From: an uncultured Pseudomonadota bacterium
GTDB lineage: Bacteria; Oederibacteriota; Muellerivitia; Muellerivitales; Muellerivitaceae
DNA length: 64,000 bases
Direction of reading: 5' to 3'
Assembly (NCBI GenBank): GCA_963770835.1
Contig: CAVYRH010000011.1
Coordinates: forward strand, 247,753 to 311,752
Positions 10,184 to 18,873 of the stretch are shown here, piece by piece. The notes under the pieces are model-generated. The model saw only the letters and a list, made by a program, of their open reading frames with translations. It did no database searches and was not told where the DNA came from. The position numbers and the translations under genes were made by a program. Position 1 is the first letter of the stretch. Each line of letters opens with the position of its first letter.

Positions 10184-12622
10184 TTATGAGATTTGGGCTA
10201 GATCCAGCAAATGATGGTATTTCGACTCTAAGCTTTGCCGTAATCCTTGGCTTTGCGGTTGTGTTAACCCTGGGTCCGCATCCAAGACTTTCAACGCCAT
10301 TTCCCGGGCAGCTTCCACAACATCCACATCTCGCTTCAAATCGACAATACCCCCTTCACGGCGACCGGACTGGGCCATCCCGAAAATTTCACCCGGCCCC
10401 CGCATTTTAAGGTCGAATTCCGAAAGCTTAAACCCGTCGAGCGTTGAAACCAAGATCTTCATCCTCTGGATTGCATCACTGGAAATTACCGGAGAGGTTA
10501 AAAGAAAACAAAAAGATTGTTCACCTCCCCTCCCCACCCTTCCCCGTAATTGATGAAGCTGGGCCAGCCCAAATCTCTCGGCATGTTCGATCACGATCAT
10601 TGTGGCATTCGGGATATCGATACCCACTTCAACAACTGTTGTAGCAACCAGGATCTGGATTTTCTTTTTCTTGAAGGCCTCCATAACAGCTTCTTTTTCT
10701 TCGTTTCGCATTTTGCCGTGTAGTAAACCTACTTTGAAGCCATGAAAAATTTCTTTTTGAAAATATTGATTCATTTGGATAGCGGACTTCAAAAAAATTT
10801 TTGATTCCTTCACCACCGGCAAAACCCAGAAAACCTGTTCCCCTTTCAAAATCCTTTCCTTGGCGAACTGGTAAACTTCATCCCTTTGGGATTCATTCTT
10901 CCAGAGGGTTTTAATGGCTTTTCGGCCTTTCGGGAACTCATCTAATACGGATAAATCCGTGTCCCCATATTCCGTCAAAACGAGCGCGCGGGGGAACGGT
11001 GTGGCCGTCATCATAAGACAATCGGGCCAGTTGCCTTTGCTTTCCAAGGCCGCCCTTTGCATGACTCCAAACTTGTGCCTTTCATCAATTACCAAAAACC
11101 CCAGATTTTTGAACTTAATGTTCTCTTCAAGGAGCGCGTGGGTTCCTACGGCCACATCCACCTTTCCGGCTTCCATGGCTTCTAAGGCATCTCTTTTGGC
11201 CCTTGCCTTCATGCCACTGGTCAAAGAGAGGATTTTCAACCCGAGTGGGTTCAAAAGCCTTTCCAAATTGAGGTAATGTTGTTTGGCTAATATCTCCGTC
11301 GGCGCCATAAAAACACTTTGAAGGCCCGAGTCCGCCGCATAAAGAAAAGAGATAGCTGCCACAAGTGTCTTACCGCTTCCCACATCGCCCTGGAGAAGCC
11401 GGTTCATGGGATAGGCCTTTGCCAAGTCCAGACGGATTTCCTTCAACACTCTTTTTTGCGCTTGGGTTAATTGGTAGGGGATCGTTTTTCGAAAAGTTAG
11501 AATCTTTTTTCCCTCAAATTGATACTGCCTCCCTTTTTCTCGCTTTTCAATTGCTCGGCGCTTGACGAGGAGAAAAGTTTGCAGGGTTAGAAGTTCTTCA
11601 AAGGAAAGCTTTTTGCGAGCCTGCTCGAATGATTCCAATGTGCTTGGATGATGAATTTCCTGAACGGCCTCTGCCAAGCCTATCTTTCCGAAAGTGGAGC
11701 TTTCAGCTTCGGCTCTGGGGATTAAATGCCCATATTTATCCAATATCGTTCCGATGAGATTGCGCCAAAAGGATTGGGTCAGGGTGGCGGTGGAAGGATA
11801 AAAAACAAGGACCTTCCCTTCACGGAGAGTCTGTTCTTCCTCCGGCGTCAGGAACTCAAAAGTCTCCGCCCTACCTACCACTTGCTTTCCCCACTTGGAA
11901 CCCTGGGGTGTTTCGTGAAGAAGGACCCATCGGCCGTTGGTCAGTTCTTTCTTTAAATAAGGCCGGTTGAACCAAACCCAGCTTAAATGCCCGCTGGCGT
12001 CTTGCAAGACTACCTTTACCGTTTCCAGACGGCCCCGGCGCATCTCGGAGATACCGTTGATGTGGGCTAATATGAAGTAAGGTTCTTCCCGGTCATCGCA
12101 TCGGGCAATCGGGGTGAAAGAGCCCCCATGAACGGCCCATTTGGGTGAATAATGCAATAGATCGTCCACGGTCTTAAGGCCCGTCAAATGAAAGGCCCTG
12201 ATTTTTTCCTTGGGAACGAAGGGAAGGACCGGGTCTAAAAGTGTAAATTTTTCAGAAGGACCCCTTCCTAGGTGTTGTTCCATAGGAAGACGCTGTATCC
12301 AGTTTTCGATGAGGTTATAGGTCTTGGTAACCACTTCCCGCCGTTCTTCGAGTGAATAGGTCATGTATTGTGAAAAGGAACTGCGAAGATCTCTCAGGAA
12401 AACTGAGAACTCTCGGCCTTCGGGGAAATCAACCCACTCCCTTTTTAGGAGCTCTTCACATTGCCCCATGAGATACAGGTCTAGTCCCTTCATTACAGAA
12501 CGATTAGAAAATTCCTGTTTTTCCTCCAGTCGGAGGGGTTTCAGCCAGTTTTCAAGTTGTTGGGGCCGCGAAAGCATTGCGAACCGCCTAAAGAGGATGG
12601 GCCATGATAGATCAAGTTTCAT
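10184..12622 (-). CDS. recG: ATP-dependent DNA helicase RecG with N-terminal extension (start may be ATG at about 12577)
   Basis: RLLQGDVGSGKT, MAPTEILA, VVEVGIDIPNA, RFGLAQLHQLRGRVGRG. Confidence 0.95.
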   Translation of the reverse strand: MKLDLSWPILFRRFAMLSRPQQLENWLKPLRLEEKQEFSNRSVMKGLDLYLMGQCEELLKREWVDFPEGREFSVFLRDLRSSFSQYMTYSLEERREVVTKTYNLIENWIQRLPMEQHLGRGPSEKFTLLDPVLPFVPKEKIRAFHLTGLKTVDDLLHYSPKWAVHGGSFTPIARCDDREEPYFILAHINGISEMRRGRLETVKVVLQDASGHLSWVWFNRPYLKKELTNGRWVLLHETPQGSKWGKQVVGRAETFEFLTPEEEQTLREGKVLVFYPSTATLTQSFWRNLIGTILDKYGHLIPRAEAESSTFGKIGLAEAVQEIHHPSTLESFEQARKKLSFEELLTLQTFLLVKRRAIEKREKGRQYQFEGKKILTFRKTIPYQLTQAQKRVLKEIRLDLAKAYPMNRLLQGDVGSGKTLVAAISFLYAADSGLQSVFMAPTEILAKQHYLNLERLLNPLGLKILSLTSGMKARAKRDALEAMEAGKVDVAVGTHALLEENIKFKNLGFLVIDERHKFGVMQRAALESKGNWPDCLMMTATPFPRALVLTEYGDTDLSVLDEFPKGRKAIKTLWKNESQRDEVYQFAKERILKGEQVFWVLPVVKESKIFLKSAIQMNQYFQKEIFHGFKVGLLHGKMRNEEKEAVMEAFKKKKIQILVATTVVEVGIDIPNATMIVIEHAERFGLAQLHQLRGRVGRGGEQSFCFLLTSPVISSDAIQRMKILVSTLDGFKLSEFDLKMRGPGEIFGMAQSGRREGGIVDLKRDVDVVEAAREMALKVLDADPGLTQPQSQGLRQSLESKYHHLLDLAQIS

Positions 12623-12645
12623 GGCCTTAAGAGCGTGAAAAAAGC

Positions 12646-12675
12646 TTGTTTATTCTAAAACCGTTTGCGTATAAT
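12646..12675 (+). promoter_or_regulatory. Sigma70 promoter of rpmB
   Basis: TTGTTT-18 nt-TATAAT, GC-rich discriminator GCCGCC. Confidence 0.6.
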
Positions 12676-12709
12676 GCCGCCCCTACGCTAAGAAAAGAGG
12701 AGTAGTTCC

Positions 12710-12958
12710 ATGGCTCAAGTTTGTGACATTTGTTCCAAAGGGCCCATAAAGGCCCGCAAGATTACCCGTCGCGGTAAGTCCAAGAAAGAAGGCGGGATTG
12801 GGTTGAACATTACCGGCGTGCACCTTCGCCGCCAAATGCCGAACCTTCAAACCATTCGGGCGATCGTTGACGGCCGCCCCCAGCGGATTTTGGTCTGCAC
12901 CCGTTGCTTGCGTTCAGGCAAAGTTCAAAAGCGCCAAGCGGTCAAAAAGGCTTCCTAA
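12710..12958 (+). CDS. rpmB: 50S ribosomal protein L28
   Basis: CDICSKGP...RRGKSKKEGGIG...PNLQ...CTRCLRSG; GAGGAG RBS. Confidence 0.95.
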   Translation: MAQVCDICSKGPIKARKITRRGKSKKEGGIGLNITGVHLRRQMPNLQTIRAIVDGRPQRILVCTRCLRSGKVQKRQAVKKAS

Positions 12959-13001
12959 TCGCTTAGCGGATTTTGGGTTTCAAATTCTGTATTTCAAGAT
13001 A

Positions 13002-13044
13002 AAACAAAAAAGCCATTTGCTTGAGGGCAGATGGCTTTTTGTTT
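13002..13044. terminator. Bidirectional intrinsic terminator
   Basis: A-tract, AGCCATTTGC/GCAGATGGCT stem, T-tract, between convergent genes. Confidence 0.85.
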
Positions 13045-13072
13045 ACTGTGTTTCTCTAATTCCATCTCATTT

Positions 13073-13480
13073 TTACCGCAATGCCCGCCCCTTGTATTTC
13101 CACCTATTTCCATTCCAAATCCAAATGAAAGTTTCATTGGAAAAACTTTGCAAGCTTCCGGCCTGGAAGCTCCAGGTCAGCTTTACTTTGGCCGTATGGT
13201 CGTTCACCCAGGCCAATGAAGTGATCTCGCCGTTGGTAAGGGTCGCGTCCTGAACCCAGCTCTTCATCAGCTGGTTTTTCAATTGGTCGGAACTTCCCAG
13301 GGCCCCGTCGGTGGAAGCGTAGGCTTGTGGCCAATTACTTTGCACAACGTCCGCTGTAAATGCCAGGACAGCCTGCTGCAGGGCTTGCTCACGCGCCACT
13401 TTATCCTCGGGTGAAAGCGAACAACCGCACCCAAAAACAACACCCGCGAGTAATAAAAATACAAAAAAAAGTCTTTTCAT
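13073..13480 (-). CDS. Hypothetical lipoprotein (possibly NTF2-like fold)
   Basis: Signal peptide MKRLFFVFLLLAGVVFGC with lipobox Cys. Confidence 0.65.
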   Translation of the reverse strand: MKRLFFVFLLLAGVVFGCGCSLSPEDKVAREQALQQAVLAFTADVVQSNWPQAYASTDGALGSSDQLKNQLMKSWVQDATLTNGEITSLAWVNDHTAKVKLTWSFQAGSLQSFSNETFIWIWNGNRWKYKGRALR

Positions 13481-13489
13481 TCAAAGTCC

Positions 13490-13945
13490 TTAGGGTTTTA
13501 AATGCGCCTTTTCAATATCCCTGATTTCCTCGACCCTTCGGACATGCCGGTCCACGTTACTGAAGGGTGTATTCAACCAAATATCCGTCAGTTTCAAATT
13601 GGTTTCCATTGGAAGATCCCTTCCCGCCAGAGAGAGCACGTTGGAATCATTATGGCTCCGGGTTTGTTCGGCCATCTTTTCGGTGAAAACCAGGGCCGCC
13701 CGTACTCCCGGCACCTTGTTGGCGACAATGGACATTCCGATACCGTTCCCACAAACCAGAATGCCCCGGTCTGCTTGCCGGGAAGCTACCGCCTGGGCTA
13801 CCTTCTCGGCGTAGATAGGATAATCACTGGGCTGGGCGTCGGGGGCCCCCACATCTTGAACCTGGAACCCTTTTTCCCCCAGATGCTTGACCAAGGCTTG
13901 TTTTAAATCAAACCCGGCGTGATCCGCTCCAATGGCGATTTTCAT
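13490..13945 (-). CDS. rpiB: Ribose-5-phosphate isomerase B
   Basis: IAIGADHAG, CGNGIGMSIVANKVPGVRAA, RSHNDSNVL, RHVRRV. Confidence 0.94.
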   Translation of the reverse strand: MKIAIGADHAGFDLKQALVKHLGEKGFQVQDVGAPDAQPSDYPIYAEKVAQAVASRQADRGILVCGNGIGMSIVANKVPGVRAALVFTEKMAEQTRSHNDSNVLSLAGRDLPMETNLKLTDIWLNTPFSNVDRHVRRVEEIRDIEKAHLKP

Positions 13946-14024
13946 TTTGGTTCCTTAAACAGTTCATTGATCAAAGCCGGAGGACATCATAAACTTTGAA
14001 AGCAAGTTTTCCAGTGCCTCCGAC

Positions 14025-14477
14025 TTAATTTTTCAGTTTCTCCAGTGATTTTTGAAGGAACGCTTCCATTTGCCCCAGGACTTTTCGGTAGGAATCCAAG
14101 GGTTGTCCGACCGGGTCTTCTACCTCCTGGGTACCCACCCCGGCGAACTCTGAAAAAAGGGCGACTTTTGGCTCCAAGGCCGGCATCTTCTTAACAATCA
14201 TTTCCTTATGTCGGCCCGTCATGGTCAGTATCAAATCGCTTTCCGTAGCCAGAGTTTTACTCAAAGACTGGCTTTGGTGGGTGGAAATGTCGATTCCTTT
14301 TTCCTGGCAGGCCTGGACCGCTTCGGGGGTGGCGGGCACTCCGGGGAAAGCCACTAAGCCCGCCGATTGTACTTCCACGTGAAATTGGTTTTCTTTGGCT
14401 ATTTTCTTGAGCAGGCCCTCGGCCATGGGGCTTCGGCAGGTGTTTCCGGTACAGACAAAAAGGATTTTTTTAGGCAA
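14025..14477 (-). CDS. ywlE: LMW phosphatase, YwlE-type protein-arginine phosphatase
   Basis: P-loop CTGNTCRS, DP motif (VEDPVG); tsaC-ywlE-rpiB order. Confidence 0.75.
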   Translation of the reverse strand: MPKKILFVCTGNTCRSPMAEGLLKKIAKENQFHVEVQSAGLVAFPGVPATPEAVQACQEKGIDISTHQSQSLSKTLATESDLILTMTGRHKEMIVKKMPALEPKVALFSEFAGVGTQEVEDPVGQPLDSYRKVLGQMEAFLQKSLEKLKN

Positions 14478-14493
14478 CTCTTTTCCCCCGTTT

Positions 14494-15147
14494 TTATTCC
14501 TGTATTAACTGGGTTAAAAGAGCCTCCACTCTGGCGATTTCATCCTTGGAAACACAGCCGGTACGGATGATGGAAAGATGCTTTTTATCGAATTTTGCGA
14601 TGGCGGTTTCCCCACCCAGGGGGCAGACGCCAGCGTCCAGCGCCGTATCCACCTTTTCAAGAATTTCGGGTTCCACTTCATCGAACCGGACCGGGCTTTT
14701 GCCGCCGGAAAAATTGGCGCTGGAAACGGCCAGCGTATCACCCGCAGTGCGGAGCAATTCCAAGGCAATCCCATGGTCAGGGCAACGCAGCGCGACCGTG
14801 CCGTCGGGGCCGACTCCTCCGGGGGCCAAATGCACCTTTGCCTTGGCGATTAGGGTCCAAGGGCCGGGCCAGATTTTCTTTAAGATTTCCAGGTCCTTGT
14901 CCTTGAAATCAGCAATTTCAAGAGCCACTTCTGGCCGGGAAATGAGAATTGAGAGAGATTGGTTCAAGGGGCGGTCTTTGATCTTGAATATCCGTTTAAG
15001 GGCGTCCGGTTTTTTTACCGAACAGCCGATATCATAAACGGTGTCCGTTGGGAAAACGGCTATCCCACCATCCTTAATCACCTTTGCGACCTGCAAGAGG
15101 TTGGCTGGGGTATACGGTAAGGGTTTGGAGTCGATTTTTTCGCCCAT
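14494..15147 (-). CDS. TsaC/YrdC threonylcarbamoyl-AMP synthase family (short form, divergent)
   Basis: FPTDTVY, KDR, WPGPWT, ALRCPDH, SSANFSG. Confidence 0.8.
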   Translation of the reverse strand: MGEKIDSKPLPYTPANLLQVAKVIKDGGIAVFPTDTVYDIGCSVKKPDALKRIFKIKDRPLNQSLSILISRPEVALEIADFKDKDLEILKKIWPGPWTLIAKAKVHLAPGGVGPDGTVALRCPDHGIALELLRTAGDTLAVSSANFSGGKSPVRFDEVEPEILEKVDTALDAGVCPLGGETAIAKFDKKHLSIIRTGCVSKDEIARVEALLTQLIQE

Positions 15148-15310
15148 GGCTTTTCCAATCGTGGCTGAGTTATTCGCTCAACACACATCATCTATCTTTA
15201 ATTTTCTCAGAGAACCAAGAATTTTTCAGCAGAAAATTGAACATTTCCTGGTAAATTCCCGTTTTGAACAACTTTTTAAGTTGAAAATTCTTGGCCTTAC
15301 GGACCAGACT

Positions 15311-16588
15311 CTAACGGCTTCCAGCCAAAGCACGCCAACCAATATCTTTACGATACTGGGCGCCCTCAAAGCGGATGTCATGAATGGCCTGGTAAGCGTG
15401 ATCAACGGCATCTTTAAGCGAATCGCCGACACCTGTGACGCACAAGACCCTGCCGCCCGAAGTAACCGCTTTTCCCTCTTTCAGGGCCGTTCCGGCGTGA
15501 AAAATGTAGGATTCGGGATGGGCTGCGGCCCTTTCAAGACCTTCAATTACTTTTCCCTTGGGATAGGACCCCGGATAGCCCTTGGAGGCCATCACTACGC
15601 AGGCCGTCGGTCTCTCGTCCCATTCAATTTTCAAGTGGGACAACTTGCCCTGGGCCACCGCCATGCAAATATTGACAAAATCGGTCTTAAGCCGGGGTAA
15701 AACAACCTGCGTTTCAGGGTCGCCAAATCGGCAGTTGTATTCAATCACTTTGGGGCCTTCCGGCATGATCATTAATCCCGCGTAAAGTACTCCTTTATAA
15801 ACAATCCCCAATCGTTTCAGGGCTTCAATAGTCGGTTTTAGGATTTTTTCCAATATTTCATCGTTCATCTTCTTAGTTACTACGGGCGCGGGCGAATAAG
15901 CTCCCATGCCGCCAGTGTTGGGCCCCTTATCACCGTCGAAAACCCGTTTATGGTCCTGGGCGCTCACCATGGGGATTATCGTTTCGCCATCCACAAAGGC
16001 TAGGATGGATGCTTCCTCGCCTTTAAGAAATTCCTCAATAACCACCTTAGAACCGGCATCGCCGAAAACCTTTTTCTTCATGGCCTCTTCCAGGGCTGTT
16101 TCCGCTTGTTCAAGCGTTTCGCAGACCGTCACGCCTTTTCCCGCGGCTAAACCGTCGGCTTTAACAACGATGGGGACTCCCTGGGAACGGATATAGGCCA
16201 AAGCTTTTTTATAATTTGTGAAGGTAGCCGCTTTAGCCGTGGGAATGCGGTTTTCTAAAAGCAGGTTTTTGGTGAAGTCCTTGCTGCCTTCCAACTGAGC
16301 GCCCGCCTTGGAAGGTCCAAAAACCAGAAACCCTTCATTGGTTAATTCATCGGCCAATCCGAGGCAAAGAGGCACTTCAGGGCCGATAATAATCAAGTTG
16401 GGGTCATGCTGATTGCACCACTTCACCAGGGCTGGAATGTCATCGGCCATAATGTCGGGACATTCCGCTAGCTGGGAAATACCAGCATTGCCAGGTGCGC
16501 AATAAAGCTTGGGGTTGCGCTTGGACTTGGAAAGCGCCCAGCAAATGGCGTGTTCCCTTCCTCCAGAACCGACAACGAGAATATCCAC
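15311..16588 (-). CDS. purD: Phosphoribosylamine-glycine ligase
   Basis: GSGGREHA, KADGLAAGKGV, QDHKR, NTGGMGAY, RFGDPETQ. Confidence 0.97.
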   Translation of the reverse strand: MDILVVGSGGREHAICWALSKSKRNPKLYCAPGNAGISQLAECPDIMADDIPALVKWCNQHDPNLIIIGPEVPLCLGLADELTNEGFLVFGPSKAGAQLEGSKDFTKNLLLENRIPTAKAATFTNYKKALAYIRSQGVPIVVKADGLAAGKGVTVCETLEQAETALEEAMKKKVFGDAGSKVVIEEFLKGEEASILAFVDGETIIPMVSAQDHKRVFDGDKGPNTGGMGAYSPAPVVTKKMNDEILEKILKPTIEALKRLGIVYKGVLYAGLMIMPEGPKVIEYNCRFGDPETQVVLPRLKTDFVNICMAVAQGKLSHLKIEWDERPTACVVMASKGYPGSYPKGKVIEGLERAAAHPESYIFHAGTALKEGKAVTSGGRVLCVTGVGDSLKDAVDHAYQAIHDIRFEGAQYRKDIGWRALAGSR

Positions 16589-16601
16589 TGGACTCCTCGA
16601 A

Positions 16602-18176
16602 TTAGTGTTTGAAATGCCGATATGTGGTGAAGATCATCGGAATCCCATGTTGATTGGCGGCTTCAATAACTTCCTTATCCCGAACGCTGCCACCGGTTTG
16701 GATGATGGCGGCGACACCCGCCCCTGCACAGGCATCCACGCTGTCCCTAAACGGCAAAAGAGCATCCGAGGCCATCACGCTTCCTTTGGCCTTTTCCCCC
16801 GCCTGCTTGATTGCAATTTCCAACGAACCAACCCGGTTCATCTGGCCCGCACCCACTCCAATGGAAACCCCATCTTTTACCAAAATGATCGCGTTGGATT
16901 TCACATGTTTCACCAACTTCCAGCCGAATTCCATGTCCTTGGCTAGTTTAGGGTCGGGTTGTTTCTCAGTGACCACCTTGTAGAGGGATTTGTCTTCCGG
17001 CGCTTGGTCAAAATCCTGCACCAGGAATCCGCCTTCCACACGGCGAATATGATAGCCGGGGATCATTTCTTTGGATTTTCCGAGTCCCTCAACCGTCATG
17101 ACCCTCAAGTTTTTTCGGGCTTCAAAAGCTTTCAAGGCACCCGAATCGTACGAGGGGGCCAGAATGATTTCAAAAAAGCCAAGCTTTTCCAAAATGACTT
17201 TGGCTGTTTGTTCGTCCAAAGGACGGTTAACCGCTACAATTCCTCCAAAAGCGGACAATGGGTCGGCGTCAAAAGCCTTTATAAAGGCTTCCATAATATT
17301 CTTTCCGATAGCCGTACCACAGGGGTTAGTGTGTTTGATGATGGTTGCGGCAGGATCCTCAAGGTCTTTCACAATCATCAGAGATGCATCCGCATCCATT
17401 ATGTTGTTATAAGAAAGCTCCTTCCCCTGCAATTGCTTGCCGTTCGCGATGGTGGGCAGAGTGTTGTTCTTGTCCTTGTAAAAAGCCGCGGGCTGGTGGG
17501 GATTTTCGCCATAGCGCATCTCCTGTACCCTCAAACCCGACATGGTGAAGATATCCGGCCATTTCTTTTCTGAAAGTCGCTTATGCAGGAATTCGTGGAT
17601 CATTCCATCATAGCGCGCGGTATTACCAAAGGCCTCGATAGCGAGTTCCTGGCGGAGCTTAAAAGTTGTGGCTCCATTATTTTCCTTCATTTCCTTAATA
17701 ACGTCGGTGTACCTGGCCGGTGACACGATGACCGTCACACTGCGGTAGTTTTTGGAAGCCGACCGAATCATAGACGGCCCGCCAATATCGATGTTTTCAA
17801 TGGCATGGTCCAGTTCCACATTGGGTTTGGAAATGGTGGCTTCAAATGGGTAAAGGTTCACGCAAACGAGGTCAATGGGTTTGATGTTATGCTTGGCGAT
17901 GGTTTCCATGTGTTCTTTGTTATCTCGCAGGGACAATAGTCCCCCGTGCACCACTGGGTGCAGGGTTTTTACGCGTCCATCCAACATTTCCGGGAAACCA
18001 GTGACTTCGGAGATGTCCTTGACCGCTAAACCCGCGTCCTTAATGGCTTTGGCGGTGCCGCCGGTGGAAATTAGCTCCACTCCATGTGCCACAAGCTCTT
18101 TTGCGAATTCGATGAGTCCCGATTTGTCCGAAACACTAATCAAAGCCCGTTTAATTTTCACTTTGTCTTCTGCCAT
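16602..18176 (-). CDS. purH: AICAR transformylase/IMP cyclohydrolase
   Basis: RALISVSDK, GRVKTLHP, IDIGGPSMIR, RYGENPHQ, RHFKH. Confidence 0.97.
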   Translation of the reverse strand: MAEDKVKIKRALISVSDKSGLIEFAKELVAHGVELISTGGTAKAIKDAGLAVKDISEVTGFPEMLDGRVKTLHPVVHGGLLSLRDNKEHMETIAKHNIKPIDLVCVNLYPFEATISKPNVELDHAIENIDIGGPSMIRSASKNYRSVTVIVSPARYTDVIKEMKENNGATTFKLRQELAIEAFGNTARYDGMIHEFLHKRLSEKKWPDIFTMSGLRVQEMRYGENPHQPAAFYKDKNNTLPTIANGKQLQGKELSYNNIMDADASLMIVKDLEDPAATIIKHTNPCGTAIGKNIMEAFIKAFDADPLSAFGGIVAVNRPLDEQTAKVILEKLGFFEIILAPSYDSGALKAFEARKNLRVMTVEGLGKSKEMIPGYHIRRVEGGFLVQDFDQAPEDKSLYKVVTEKQPDPKLAKDMEFGWKLVKHVKSNAIILVKDGVSIGVGAGQMNRVGSLEIAIKQAGEKAKGSVMASDALLPFRDSVDACAGAGVAAIIQTGGSVRDKEVIEAANQHGIPMIFTTYRHFKH

Positions 18177-18184
18177 AAATCACC

Positions 18185-18808
18185 TCAAGGTAGGATTTTG
18201 ACACGCCCATCTGCCACTTTGACTTTCCCCTCGCAAAACAAACGGACAGCTTCTGGATAAATCAGGTGCTCCACCTTCAAAACTTTCTCCGCTAAGGCCT
18301 CAGGGGTATCCATCGAAAAAACTTTTACATGGCCTTGTAGGATAATGGGTCCAGAATCCACGCCCTCGGTCACGAAATGTACGGTGGCTCCCGATTCCTT
18401 CTCTTTGGCTTTAATGACCTCTTCGTGTACATGGTGGCCATACATTCCCGCCCCGCCGAATTTTGGCAAAAGAGCGGGATGGATGTTCATGATCTTCCAC
18501 AGATAGGGCCTAATTAAAACAGGGGTCAAAATCCTCATATAACCGGCCAAACAGATGAGATCAATCTTTTTATCTTGGCAGAGCTCCAGAACCTCCTGGT
18601 CGTAGGCTTCCCGACTTCCGGAGTACCCTTTGCTAACAATAGCGACAGATTCAATCCGATGGTTTTCAGCCCGTTCCAAGGCTTTGGCATCCGGCACATT
18701 AGAGAAAACTAAACCAATTTTGGCCTTAAAAAGGCCCGTTTCCTGGGCATCGATCAAGGCCTGGAGGTTGGAGCCCCCCCCCGACGCAAACACGGCGATT
18801 TTGATCAA
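18185..18808 (-). CDS. purN: Phosphoribosylglycinamide formyltransferase
   Basis: FASGGGSNLQA, LAGYMRIL, NIHPALLP, GATVHFV; TTG start after GGGAG. Confidence 0.96.
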   Translation of the reverse strand: MIKIAVFASGGGSNLQALIDAQETGLFKAKIGLVFSNVPDAKALERAENHRIESVAIVSKGYSGSREAYDQEVLELCQDKKIDLICLAGYMRILTPVLIRPYLWKIMNIHPALLPKFGGAGMYGHHVHEEVIKAKEKESGATVHFVTEGVDSGPIILQGHVKVFSMDTPEALAEKVLKVEHLIYPEAVRLFCEGKVKVADGRVKILP

Positions 18809-18873
18809 TTGAAAAACTCCCAAGAAAATCTATTTACCATCGACGTTTGAAACAATCGAAGTGTCGTTAACGC

